Assembly (NCBI GenBank): GCA_039208735.1
Contig: JBCCQY010000007.1
Location: 32,001 to 96,000, forward strand
DNA: 64,000 nt
Direction of reading: 5' to 3'
From: Myxococcota bacterium
GTDB lineage: Bacteria > Myxococcota_A > UBA796 > GCA-2862545
Shown here piece after piece: positions 30,510-40,158 of this stretch. Below the pieces are notes generated by a model. It had not been told where the DNA came from. It made no database searches and worked only from the letters and a program-made list of their open reading frames with translations. Every line of letters begins with the position of its first letter. The stretch's first letter is position 1. The translations under genes and the position numbers were made by a program.

Positions 30510-31199
30510 GTGCCACAACCACCGAATCCGAAGGCCCCCCACAACCCACGGAACCGGCTTTCCCTCAATGATCTGCGCGCGGCGGCAAGGCTCGTCAACG
30601 CAGCTTTGGTGGGAATCGTAGGATTCTCTGGTTCGTGGGCGCACAACGCACGCAAGGACGCGAAGCAGGTTGCAAGAAATGCCCTCACCGGACTCTTTCG
30701 TCGGCAAAGCAACGCCGGACAGCCCCCTGCCGACCTCTGGTGCGTGAGCGGGGCCACCAATTTTGGGGTACCTGCCCTCGCCTATGAAGTTTCAACCGAA
30801 CTCCACATTCCCCGGATCGGACTCACGGCAAGGGAAGCCCTCCGCTACAAACTTGCGGAACTCGATGTCCTCACGCTGGTCGGGCGGCGGTTTGGCGATG
30901 AATCACGCGCCTTCGTCGACCTTTGCGATGTGTTTTGGATGATCGGCGGAGGGTCGCAGTCCGAGGCCGAGATGCGGCTTGCGGCGAAACGTGGCAAGCC
31001 CATCGTCGTGGTGCAGGGCTTAGGGGGTCGGGCGGACCACATGACGCTGACGGAGCTTCCTACCGCACAGTTCCTCGATTGCGATACCCTCGAGGTCAGG
31101 TCGCCGGATCGTGATCGAAAAACCTATCTTCGGGTCGCAGGGCAAGCTGCACGAGCCCTCCCTCACACCGCACCAGCCACGTCGGGACCCGTTTGTTGA
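30510..31199 (+). CDS. SLOG-superfamily (SMF/DprA/LOG-like) nucleotide-binding protein
   Basis: VGIVGFSG, VSGATNFGVPALAY, FWMIGGGSQSEAE, GKPIVVVQGLGGRA. Confidence 0.65.
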   Translation: MPQPPNPKAPHNPRNRLSLNDLRAAARLVNAALVGIVGFSGSWAHNARKDAKQVARNALTGLFRRQSNAGQPPADLWCVSGATNFGVPALAYEVSTELHIPRIGLTAREALRYKLAELDVLTLVGRRFGDESRAFVDLCDVFWMIGGGSQSEAEMRLAAKRGKPIVVVQGLGGRADHMTLTELPTAQFLDCDTLEVRSPDRDRKTYLRVAGQAARALPHTAPATSGPVC

Positions 31200-32052
31200 C
31201 GAGTTCGGCATACAACCTGGTGCGTTTTTGGGGCCACAGCGAATCCAGTCTCCCTTGCTGGTTTGGTAGGTTCCAAACGCGTTCGGCCAACGCCATCCAA
31301 ATCACGGGTCGGCCCGTTCCTGCGGTGAGGCGCCCCAGCTGCCGAAGGATGTCATGCGACCGCTGATACAGACGCACCGGACTACGCCCCTCGATTCGGA
31401 TTTCGGTCTCGTCGTGGTGGCAGTGGACCTCGATGGGAGGCACCTCGGTGCGGGTCCCCGACATGCTCGCAGCCACTCGCGACCGGAGCATCAGGGTGAC
31501 GTTGCGTCCATCCAGGACCACGGGCTCGCCAGGCTCCAGCTCCACGACGGGTCCCCCGGGTTCGCGCGCGTACCAAACGCCTTCCGCACCCCAGACGGCC
31601 GGCCAATCCGCCAGGTCTCCCGGCTGCAGTTCCCCATCCGCATCCAAATGCCACGCCAGGTGGTCCATCGGATGCTCCGGACCCTCATCGACCTTCAGCG
31701 TCGGCACCAGATCGGGAAGGCACAACTCGACCACGCGCAGCGCCACCCCAGGCGCAAACTCAATCCGCATGCCGCGGATTAGCTTGACGTCATCGCGTCG
31801 GGTTCCATCGACCCACACCCGACCTCGGTAGGCCAACAACCAAAGCGCCCCCCCTCGCAAGCCAACCCCCGCGTGGGCCACCGAAATCGCGGGGTCCCTT
31901 AGCTGAAGGTCGGCGTACGGACCTCGTCCTACGACCGCCCCCAAACCCAGGGGCTGAATCTCACCGTCCGGCCCCTCGAAGGTCACACCGATGGACGGCG
32001 GGCCCCCTTCCCCAGCGCCCGACGCCGTAGCTGACGGAATCGCACCTTCCAC
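31096..32052 (-). CDS. FHA-domain protein with probable C-terminal winged-helix-like region
   Basis: VVGRGPYADLQLRDPAISVAHA (FHA GR...SxxH). Confidence 0.7.
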   Translation of the reverse strand: MEGAIPSATASGAGEGGPPSIGVTFEGPDGEIQPLGLGAVVGRGPYADLQLRDPAISVAHAGVGLRGGALWLLAYRGRVWVDGTRRDDVKLIRGMRIEFAPGVALRVVELCLPDLVPTLKVDEGPEHPMDHLAWHLDADGELQPGDLADWPAVWGAEGVWYAREPGGPVVELEPGEPVVLDGRNVTLMLRSRVAASMSGTRTEVPPIEVHCHHDETEIRIEGRSPVRLYQRSHDILRQLGRLTAGTGRPVIWMALAERVWNLPNQQGRLDSLWPQKRTRLYAELVNKRVPTWLVRCEGGLVQLALRPEDRFFDHDPAT

Positions 32053-32158
32053 ATCCCCTCCAAGGCCCCGGATGCACCCCGGAGCCGCGTTCTTCTGACT
32101 TCACTGGGAGCAAGCTTCCAGCTGACTTTTCAAGCGCCAATGGCGCAGGAGAACGCGC

Positions 32159-32593
32159 ATGCTCAAGTCTCATCACTTTGCCGCAGCCACCGCCGCCGCT
32201 GCCACGATGCTCGCGCCGCTCACCGCGCACGCCCTTGTCATCATTTGGAACCCGGGTAAGCTCGAAGTCACGGTCGATGGCGCCTCGGAAGCAAGCATCG
32301 AAATCGATTCGTTGACCTACGTTCCTTGTGACGGCGCCGCGGTCACCGAAGAAGACTTCTCTGGGGACCTCGTCGCCGGCCTGCTGCTGGACCCGCCCAG
32401 CCCCGAGATCTGCTCGATGACGCTTACGCCGAGCGACGACGTGGTCATCAGCGGCACCAACGGGAATGGCCCCTTCGAAATCACCGTGTCCGCTTCGGAG
32501 TTTTCTTTCGATGGCGAAGACCTCCCGAAGTCGCTGCCGTTCAACATCACGTTCGGGACGGTACCCGGCCCCGTGATGCTGAACGTCGAGTAA
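32159..32593 (+). CDS. Small secreted hypothetical protein
   Basis: Signal peptide ending AHA, acidic beta-rich body with Cys pair; AGGAG RBS. Confidence 0.7.
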   Translation: MLKSHHFAAATAAAATMLAPLTAHALVIIWNPGKLEVTVDGASEASIEIDSLTYVPCDGAAVTEEDFSGDLVAGLLLDPPSPEICSMTLTPSDDVVISGTNGNGPFEITVSASEFSFDGEDLPKSLPFNITFGTVPGPVMLNVE

Positions 32594-32594
32594 G

Positions 32595-33443
32595 TCACGG
32601 CGCCTCATCTTCGATGGTGCGGGGGTCTACCGCGTTGTCGGAGTAGAGGCTGATCGGAAAAAGCGCCAGGTTCAGATGAAAGACCCGGTTCGGGACTTCC
32701 TTCGCCGCCGAATACAACGTCGGTGCAAGGATTTCCTGCAACCGGGACATGAGTTTCAGGTAGTCGTCTTCCGACAGCGCCAGGCTACCCGCCACATACA
32801 GACGGTCCGTTGGGGGAACTGTCTCGAGTGCGCGTTGGGCCATCGCCAACGTCTCGCGGTGGTACTCGGCCGCTCGGTTCGAGTCGTGGCCAGCGTCTAC
32901 CTGACGTGCGGTGCCCAAATCGGGCGCGCCTTCGACCAACCGGTAGTGCTCATCGAGCAACCCGTGCGCCACCAACTCGTCCATCGCGGCCTGCGCCTGC
33001 GCGTCGGTGAGGCGAGGACGCAGCGTCGCCGCCACCCAGCCCACCTCGGGCACATACTCTTCGCAGCGGGCGAGTTCGAGAATCGCGCCGAGATGCCAGT
33101 CACACAGACGGTTCTGTAGGGCATCAGCCGTGTTCTCCACGGGCTCCGGCTTTTCAAGTCCACTCAACAGATCCTTCGCCCGGTCCCGAATCAGACTCGA
33201 GTTGCCGACTTCCCGCTCCACGAGCGTGAGAAACTCGACCCGCTGGCGGTCGGTCAGCTCAAGCCGCGTGGCGATTTGCTCGGCCAGCGCAGGCTGGAGG
33301 TTTCGACGTCCGTTGAGGATCTGGCTCAACCATGCCGGAGACCGACCCACGGACCTGGCAAATTCGAACTGCTTGAGGTCCCGGTCGCGCATCAAACCCT
33401 GAAGGTAGTCCCGATAGCTGGCTCGCCGACTCGCCGTGTTCAT
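32595..33443 (-). CDS. TIGR02147/DUF4423 family HTH protein
   Basis: YRDYL, SPAWLSQILNGRRNL, WHLGAILEL, VFHLNLALFP; alternative start 33488. Confidence 0.85.
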   Translation of the reverse strand: MNTASRRASYRDYLQGLMRDRDLKQFEFARSVGRSPAWLSQILNGRRNLQPALAEQIATRLELTDRQRVEFLTLVEREVGNSSLIRDRAKDLLSGLEKPEPVENTADALQNRLCDWHLGAILELARCEEYVPEVGWVAATLRPRLTDAQAQAAMDELVAHGLLDEHYRLVEGAPDLGTARQVDAGHDSNRAAEYHRETLAMAQRALETVPPTDRLYVAGSLALSEDDYLKLMSRLQEILAPTLYSAAKEVPNRVFHLNLALFPISLYSDNAVDPRTIEDEAP

Positions 33444-33484
33444 CAGCCCTCCCGGTGCAAGGAAGGAACCTGAATACGCGAGAT

Positions 33485-36169
33485 TCACAACTCCGTGAAT
33501 TCACGATACGTGAATGAATCGGGACCCAGCGGGTACACCCCCCGGAATCCGAGAAAGCCGTACCGCTCGAAGGTCCGCTCTCGGGGGCGACTCGTACTCC
33601 GTGCATTGCGGCCCCCGTACTGCCAAGTTCCGCCACGGACAATCGCCATCTCTCCTTCGGAAACGGCCTCGGGAGGCAGCGCACGGCCGTGCTTGACCAC
33701 CCCACCTGCGTCGAAGCACCAGTCGCGAACGTTTCCCCCCAAGCCCCGCACCCCATAGGGACTGATGTCGGTCTCGACGTACCGAGGGTCGTCGACGGGC
33801 ACCGCACCGCGACGGCCGCGGTGACTCGAGAACATGCAGCACCAAGCCGAATCGATGTGTTGGCCCCACGGATGGATGCGTCCATCCACGCCTCGGGCCG
33901 CCTTCTCCCATTCGAAGTCTCCGGGCAACCGCCACGGCTTGCCATCCTGGCGTTCGCGCCATCGAAGGTAGGCCATCGCAGACGACCAGTCGATGTTGGT
34001 TACCGGCCGGCGTGCCAAGGCTGGATCAGGGAGGGCGTAGCGACCGTCTCGAAGAACGAAGAGCGCGTCTCCCACGGCTTGACCAGCTTCGGTGCGCCGC
34101 CGCGGAACGTAGGCCTCGGCCTCCTCGGGCGAACAATCCTGAAGGAACGCAGCGTAGGCTCGGTTCGTGACGGGATCCCGCTGCATGACAAACCCTGAGA
34201 CCCACACGCGGGCTGCGGGATGGTTGTTGTAGGCCTCGTCTTCGTCGCCTCCCGAATGAAACCAGCCCTCCGGAACGTAGATTTCGTCGTCGGCCAATGC
34301 ATCGGCGGGCGGCAACCACACGGGCGGGGTGCGAGCGTCCCAGTGTCCCAACCGAGGGACTTCGACCGGATACCGAACCGTGGCGCGCCCCGGCGCTCGA
34401 ATCACGAGGTGGTAGCTCCCCGTGGGCAGGACGTAGTTCTCGATGGGCTCAGAGCCGAAGTCACCCCGGTGCTCGAGCTGTAGGCGACGGTGCCGCTCCA
34501 CGTACGCATAGAGTTGCACGCTCGCGCCGGGCGGGGTGGTCACAAGCGAAAGACGACCATTGCCTTGCAGGTAGGCATCCGCCCGTTTGCGCACCTTGTG
34601 CGTCGGGGGGAGGGCCTGCATATGAAGGCGCATGCCGCTTTCGGCCCGGACGCCATCTGCCGAATCGCGATGCTTCTCCGCCCGCTCGTGCCGAGCCATG
34701 TAGCGTTCGACGAGGGCCTCATGGGCTTCCTCAAGCATGGGAACGAGCTGCAGGGCGGCGTAGAACTCGCGCTGGGCCGCAACGGTCTCTTCGATGGCTT
34801 GTTGCTCGGCCTCCTCCGCGCGCCGTTCAAGCTCCCAGGCAGGCCAACGCGCCTCCTCGGGTTGCCACCCCTCGATTTGGGCGAGAATCCGTTCGCTGGA
34901 TTCGCGAAACTCCCTGGCCAAGGCATTCGACGCTTCGATCTGCGGCTGGCGCTCGGTGGCTTGGCTCACGAGGCTCAACGCCTGTTCTCGAAGCCGCACC
35001 CCCTCGAGCCACTCCTGCATCGCATTGGTGAGGGCGTCTGCGGATTCAAAGCGCTCACCAGGCTCTCGGGCCATGGCACGATGGCAGATGCTCTTGAGGG
35101 CGAGCGGCACGCCATTGCGGTCCGACCCGCTGGGAGAGGTTCCTGGGTCGCTCGTCATGGTGAACGTGGCGCTCGAGTTGCGGGGGCCCGGATCCAGCCG
35201 TGGTGGGCCGTGCTTCACCTGTTCAACGATGCTTCGCCAATCGGGACCTGAATACGGCAGGCGGTTCGACAAAATCAGGTAGAGCAGAACCCCCAACGTG
35301 TACACATCGCTGCGCTCATCGACCTTGTCGTGCTCCATCCGCGCCTGTTCGGGCGCAAGGTAGGGAGGACTCCCGATGATTCCCGCGGTTCGATGACTCC
35401 GTCCGTCATCCCCAAGACCCGTCGGCCAATGGCGAAGGTCGCCCTCTGTCGGGTCCGTCTCATGCCGCCGCCATCGAGCCACCCCCCAATCCAGCACGTA
35501 AGGTTGTTCGTGGCTGCCCAAACGGATGTTGCTCGCACTCAAGTCGCGGTGAACGACCCCTTGTTTGTGCGCGATCGCAACGGCGCGACACACGCCAAGG
35601 TACCCCCGCAACACCCTTTGAATCGCGGGCCACCCCCGAGTACCAGGCCCCCATTGCCCAGGTTGGACATGAACATGGGCTGCCTTCACCATGTGGTCGA
35701 AATCATGCCCTTCGATCAGCGGCATCGTAAACCAAGGTCGACCATCCGTCAGTCGGCCTTGGTCGAACACCGTAGGAATGTTCGGATGATCGAGCGCAGC
35801 GAGAATGCGCCACTCGAGCTTAAAGCGAGAGATGAGGCGTGGCTTGTCGATGTGTTTGCGCAACAGCACCTTCATCGCCACATGCCGGTCGAAGACGGCA
35901 TCGCGCACACGCCACACCTCACCCATGCCCCCTTCGCCGATCTGGTCGACATAGTGGTAGCGTTCGGCGATCGACGTGACGTCGACGTAAAGGGCAACGA
36001 GTTCGTCGCAGAGTCGCGCATCGAGCTTAGACTTTCTCAGGTAGCTCTGGATAGGGCGTTCGGGATCGCCTCGAATCGAATCGAAGAGAACCTGGATCGA
36101 CTTTGTGTAAGCCGGGTTCAGCCCTTGTTGTTCAACGAAGGACTCAATCCCCGGATGAACCTTGGCCAT
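33485..36169 (-). CDS. Ser/Thr protein kinase fused to FGE-sulfatase (SUMF1) domain
   Basis: IGEGGMGEVW, VAMK, HRDLSASN, DWG, YLAPE, DVYTLG; C-terminal PVTN, WRLPGDFEWEKAARG, SPYGVRGLGGNVRDW, GFR. Confidence 0.92.
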   Translation of the reverse strand: MAKVHPGIESFVEQQGLNPAYTKSIQVLFDSIRGDPERPIQSYLRKSKLDARLCDELVALYVDVTSIAERYHYVDQIGEGGMGEVWRVRDAVFDRHVAMKVLLRKHIDKPRLISRFKLEWRILAALDHPNIPTVFDQGRLTDGRPWFTMPLIEGHDFDHMVKAAHVHVQPGQWGPGTRGWPAIQRVLRGYLGVCRAVAIAHKQGVVHRDLSASNIRLGSHEQPYVLDWGVARWRRHETDPTEGDLRHWPTGLGDDGRSHRTAGIIGSPPYLAPEQARMEHDKVDERSDVYTLGVLLYLILSNRLPYSGPDWRSIVEQVKHGPPRLDPGPRNSSATFTMTSDPGTSPSGSDRNGVPLALKSICHRAMAREPGERFESADALTNAMQEWLEGVRLREQALSLVSQATERQPQIEASNALAREFRESSERILAQIEGWQPEEARWPAWELERRAEEAEQQAIEETVAAQREFYAALQLVPMLEEAHEALVERYMARHERAEKHRDSADGVRAESGMRLHMQALPPTHKVRKRADAYLQGNGRLSLVTTPPGASVQLYAYVERHRRLQLEHRGDFGSEPIENYVLPTGSYHLVIRAPGRATVRYPVEVPRLGHWDARTPPVWLPPADALADDEIYVPEGWFHSGGDEDEAYNNHPAARVWVSGFVMQRDPVTNRAYAAFLQDCSPEEAEAYVPRRRTEAGQAVGDALFVLRDGRYALPDPALARRPVTNIDWSSAMAYLRWRERQDGKPWRLPGDFEWEKAARGVDGRIHPWGQHIDSAWCCMFSSHRGRRGAVPVDDPRYVETDISPYGVRGLGGNVRDWCFDAGGVVKHGRALPPEAVSEGEMAIVRGGTWQYGGRNARSTSRPRERTFERYGFLGFRGVYPLGPDSFTYREFTEL

Positions 36170-36181
36170 GGCTCCCCCCGC

Positions 36182-36868
36182 TCAGAGCTTGCCTGAGCGT
36201 GCCAACGCCACCAACTGAGCGATGATGATCGACGAAACCTCGGCTGCGTCTGTGGCATCAAACAAGCGCTGGCGACGAGCTGCGGGCAGACCGGTGTGGT
36301 CGTCCAACGTGCCACTGACAAGCTTAGGGACCAACTGGGCGCGACAGTATCCATCAAGCATGCCCGTCACGAACACGGGGGCTCGAGGGTTTGTGTCGCG
36401 GAAGATCTCCCATTCTTCCTCGAGCCCCGGAACCCCCCCGCCAACGTTACCGTGGGTGAGCCCCCCCATAAAGACGGCGGCCCGACTGCTCTTAGACATG
36501 GCTTGACGCATTTCACGCAAATCGTCGGCGAGGCCCGCAGGATCACTCGGCGCTGCCCCTTTTCCATACAGTTGCCGGTTCACGAAGACCGAGGTGTCGT
36601 GCGCTTCGTTGGGGGGCTTTTTATCAAAGCCCTTGGCGAGAACCAGATGCACCGCGCCGCGATCCAATCGGCCGCCATCGACCAAACGGTGCACCAATGG
36701 GGTCACCGTCGGGTGCCCGCCAAAGATGACTTCACCGCCAAGCCGCCCGACCTCAACGAACAGCCTTGAGACCAACGATTGAAGTTCCTGTGCTCGCGAG
36801 GTGCGATTCAGCTCTTGCGGCAAGGCTGCGGAAAATTGAATCCGAATGCCATCCAGCGACTTGGTCAC
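36182..36868 (-). CDS. SLOG domain protein (cluster-3-like, TIR-associated)
   Basis: IQFSAALP, VIFGGHPTVTPLV, LREMRQAM, AAVFMGG...PGLEEEWEIF. Confidence 0.75.
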   Translation of the reverse strand: MTKSLDGIRIQFSAALPQELNRTSRAQELQSLVSRLFVEVGRLGGEVIFGGHPTVTPLVHRLVDGGRLDRGAVHLVLAKGFDKKPPNEAHDTSVFVNRQLYGKGAAPSDPAGLADDLREMRQAMSKSSRAAVFMGGLTHGNVGGGVPGLEEEWEIFRDTNPRAPVFVTGMLDGYCRAQLVPKLVSGTLDDHTGLPAARRQRLFDATDAAEVSSIIIAQLVALARSGKL

Positions 36869-38013
36869 GCCTGCTCCAGTAGCGTTCGCAATTGTTCTTC
36901 AAGCTGCGATATCGAACAAAAGCGCATTTCATGCTTGGCCGCCGCCCATGCCGCGGCCTCTCGTTCTTGCAACGTGGTGGTGTGTTCCTCAGTGCAAATC
37001 AAAAGCGGGGATCCGGCTGCCTCATCGACCCTTTGCCGAACCTGATCCGCGTTGTACATCAGCTGGAATGAAGGGATGGCCGCATTCCAAACCAACTGGA
37101 TGCGTCGCTGGTCTGCATCCACCAGACCGCTCCGTTCTCCTTCCACCCTCTCGTATTCGAAGGTCATGTCGCCCGACAGATGGCGCAACATCCGGTCGAT
37201 CCGACGGTCGAAGACATCCCGGCGCCCCAACCCCGCATTGACAAAGGAACGTACGCGGGTGTCCAAGCTCCGATCGCCCAGCATCCAATTCCAGTCCCGA
37301 GCCTGGGTTTCCAACCGCGCATTGGACTTTACACTGTGTGGAATCCAACCGTCCTTGCCGATCTGAAGGACCCGTACCGGAGCATGATTGGCCTGGGCAG
37401 CCGCGACTTCTCGCTGCACGAACTCCGACCCGACGAGCCCTGGCGTGCTGAGCAGCAGCAGGAAGTCCGTTTCGCGAATCGCTCGCATGAGGGCGGTGTA
37501 CCAAGGCTCGCCCCCGACCAGATCCGTACGGTCCCGATAGACCTGGAATCCACCAGCTTCGAGCCACCCTTGGACGCGATTTGCGTAGGCCTCCCCATCG
37601 TCTGCATTGTACGAAAGGAACAGACGCCGATGATGCCGGTGAGCCTTCAATCCCAGCTGAATCTGTACGGCTTCTTCAATGGCCTCAGGACTCGTCAAGC
37701 GAAGCATTTGCAGGGCATCGAAATCCGTCCAATCGCCTTCCAGATTGTAGTAGTCGTCGGGCTCCCCTTCGATGACGGGAATGATCGGAACGACCTTGAA
37801 GAGGGATCGAAATCGACGAGCCAGAGCCTGATCCTGCACCGATCCCTGCGTCATCACCAAGACGACCACCACATCGTGGAACGCTTTCAGCTCGGCTTCA
37901 CCATCGTCGAGAACGACCTCAATCGGCGTTTTTCGAAGCCGTCGAGCCAGGTCGCTCCGCAACGCTTCGCCACGAGCATGTTCAGCATTCGAAGCGAGAA
38001 TTCTGCATTCCAT
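36865..38013 (-). CDS. TIR-domain protein
   Basis: LFLSYNADDG...FQVYRD...GEPW...IRETDFLLLLSTP...SEFVQREV; stop overlaps SLOG start. Confidence 0.85.
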   Translation of the reverse strand: MECRILASNAEHARGEALRSDLARRLRKTPIEVVLDDGEAELKAFHDVVVVLVMTQGSVQDQALARRFRSLFKVVPIIPVIEGEPDDYYNLEGDWTDFDALQMLRLTSPEAIEEAVQIQLGLKAHRHHRRLFLSYNADDGEAYANRVQGWLEAGGFQVYRDRTDLVGGEPWYTALMRAIRETDFLLLLSTPGLVGSEFVQREVAAAQANHAPVRVLQIGKDGWIPHSVKSNARLETQARDWNWMLGDRSLDTRVRSFVNAGLGRRDVFDRRIDRMLRHLSGDMTFEYERVEGERSGLVDADQRRIQLVWNAAIPSFQLMYNADQVRQRVDEAAGSPLLICTEEHTTTLQEREAAAWAAAKHEMRFCSISQLEEQLRTLLEQA

Positions 38014-38210
38014 TCGTTCCCAACCCCAACGTTAATGGACTATGGTACGGCTCACCTTACAGCAATGGTTCAACTGGATGGAGTTCACGATTGGTGAAGA
38101 TCGAGGGGAGACCTCTTTGAATCCAATCGGCCGTGCTTCTGACAGAACCTCGACCGACCCTGACACACGAACCAGTCTCTCTAGGTCATGGTGGTCCCCA
38201 AGGAGGCGAC

Positions 38211-39365
38211 ATGGTGTGGCAAAGCGTGGCGATCATGGTCTTGGGCGCCTGCACAGGCGACTCGCCCGAGACAACCGAGACGGCAGCTCCCGAACCGACC
38301 GGGACAACTCCCCCGATGACCGCCGACACGAGTCCAACGGGAGACACCGGTCCGAAGTCGACCACGGATACCGGCCCAACCCTCCCAAGGGTCCTCCCGC
38401 GCGACAGTTTGGTGGTCCCCGACAAGGTTGGCGTGACCTTTCTCGGCCTCGATGGTTCGCTGCTCGAGTCGTTCACCTGGTCCGACCTGGTTGGCCCCTG
38501 CGCAACCTGCGGCGGAGAAGGCGGAAGTCCTGATGGGGATGGGCTGCTCCTGTCCTTCACAACCGGCGATGGCCCCGGGAATGTCGGCGCGGTGGCTCGC
38601 GTCAATGGCAAGGGTCAACTGGATTTTCGCGTCAACGGGTTCGCATTTCCGCATGATGTCATTCGCGACCCGGCCGACAACCACTTGGCGGTGGTCGCGA
38701 CCTTTACGAACGACGTACGGTGGATTGCCGGAGATGGCAGCTCGGGCACCGTGCTGCGAAGCATCGGCTCGTCCGACCCGGAGTTTCCAAACACGCCAAA
38801 CGGCGCCGAACTCCTAGAATACAATGGTCGAAACTTTATTCTCTTGTCCCATCGCCCCAACGCAAACGGACGCATCACCCTGTGGGACATCACCGACCCG
38901 AAGGATCCCGTCTTCGTTTGGCGCTTCCCGGAGACCGGGCGGATCGCGGTGCCTCACGGTCCCATTCTCCGTCAGCGAGGCGCAGATTGGTGGCTGCTTT
39001 GGGCCCACACCAACGGGGGACCCTCGGGCCGAGGAAGCGTAGGCTTGGCCGTGACGACCGACCCGACGCTGCGACCGACCTACGTGGCGGACCTCGATCC
39101 AGAGCCCGATATTGCCCCGTTCACGTTCCTTCGCGGCGTGGAGTTGCTCGACGATGGACGGATGTACGTCACCGACAGCGGAAGTGCCGGCGGCAACGGA
39201 GACGGCCGGATCTTCCTTGCCACATTCCCAACCCTAGCCCCGAGCGGCAACGGCGAGGTGGGTTCCATCGGCGATCAGCGTTTCGAAACCTTGGGCCCAG
39301 CCCCGTTGATCTATGACGACGTCACGTCACCCTTCGAAGCCTGGTACTGGCCTCCCGTCAATTGA
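38211..39365 (+). CDS. Hypothetical lipoprotein, beta-propeller-like
   Basis: Lipobox VLGAC, T/P/D linker; AGGAGG RBS. Confidence 0.75.
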   Translation: MVWQSVAIMVLGACTGDSPETTETAAPEPTGTTPPMTADTSPTGDTGPKSTTDTGPTLPRVLPRDSLVVPDKVGVTFLGLDGSLLESFTWSDLVGPCATCGGEGGSPDGDGLLLSFTTGDGPGNVGAVARVNGKGQLDFRVNGFAFPHDVIRDPADNHLAVVATFTNDVRWIAGDGSSGTVLRSIGSSDPEFPNTPNGAELLEYNGRNFILLSHRPNANGRITLWDITDPKDPVFVWRFPETGRIAVPHGPILRQRGADWWLLWAHTNGGPSGRGSVGLAVTTDPTLRPTYVADLDPEPDIAPFTFLRGVELLDDGRMYVTDSGSAGGNGDGRIFLATFPTLAPSGNGEVGSIGDQRFETLGPAPLIYDDVTSPFEAWYWPPVN

Positions 39366-39392
39366 CGATGCGGCTCGTGGTATCCAAGGGCC

Positions 39393-40154
39393 ATGTCGAA
39401 TTTAAACAACAAAGTCGTGTTGATCACGGGTGCGGCCTCTGGAATTGGCCAAGCCACCGCAGTGATGATGGTTCAACGAGGCGCCCGGGTCGTGATGACG
39501 GACCGAAATGAGCCGGGCGTTGAGGCAGCGGCGGCCGAACTCGGCGAAGCGGCACTGGCGATGGCGCTAGACGTGACGGACGAGGCCCGGTGGCCCGAAG
39601 TGGTCAGCGCGGCCGAGGCACACTTCGGAGGCGTGCATGCGCTGGTCAACAACGCAGGCGGAGGCATCCTCAAAGACATCGAGGACACCACCCTCGACGA
39701 GTGGCGCATGGTCCATGCGGTGAACGCCGACAGTGTGTTTCTCGGCACTCGGGCTGTCCTCCCCGCCCTGCGAAGGGCTGGCGGAGGGTCGATCGTCAAC
39801 GTATCGTCGGTGGCCGGCATTGTGGGCGACGGTCAGCTCGCTGCGTACTGTTCCGCCAAGGGTGCGGCGCGAATGTTCAGCAAGGCGGCTGCGATGTACT
39901 GCGCCCAACGCGGCGAGCCCATCCGAGTGAATTCCGTACACCCGAGCTTCATCGACACGCCGCTCGTCCAGGCCATGATCAAGCACTCGCCGGATCCGGA
40001 CCGCATGCGGCTGCGCCTCGAACGGGCGGCCCCGGTCAATCGCATGGGTCGCGTTGAAGAAGTCGCCGAAGTCATCTGCTTTCTCGCCTCGGACGCCGCA
40101 TCCTATGTGACGGGGGCCGAGTGGACGGTCGATGGCGGACTGACCGCGCGCTGA
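39393..40154 (+). CDS. Short-chain dehydrogenase/reductase
   Basis: TGAASGIG, NNAG, YCSAKG, VNSVHP, VDGG. Confidence 0.93.
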   Translation: MSNLNNKVVLITGAASGIGQATAVMMVQRGARVVMTDRNEPGVEAAAAELGEAALAMALDVTDEARWPEVVSAAEAHFGGVHALVNNAGGGILKDIEDTTLDEWRMVHAVNADSVFLGTRAVLPALRRAGGGSIVNVSSVAGIVGDGQLAAYCSAKGAARMFSKAAAMYCAQRGEPIRVNSVHPSFIDTPLVQAMIKHSPDPDRMRLRLERAAPVNRMGRVEEVAEVICFLASDAASYVTGAEWTVDGGLTAR

Positions 40155-40158
40155 CCGA

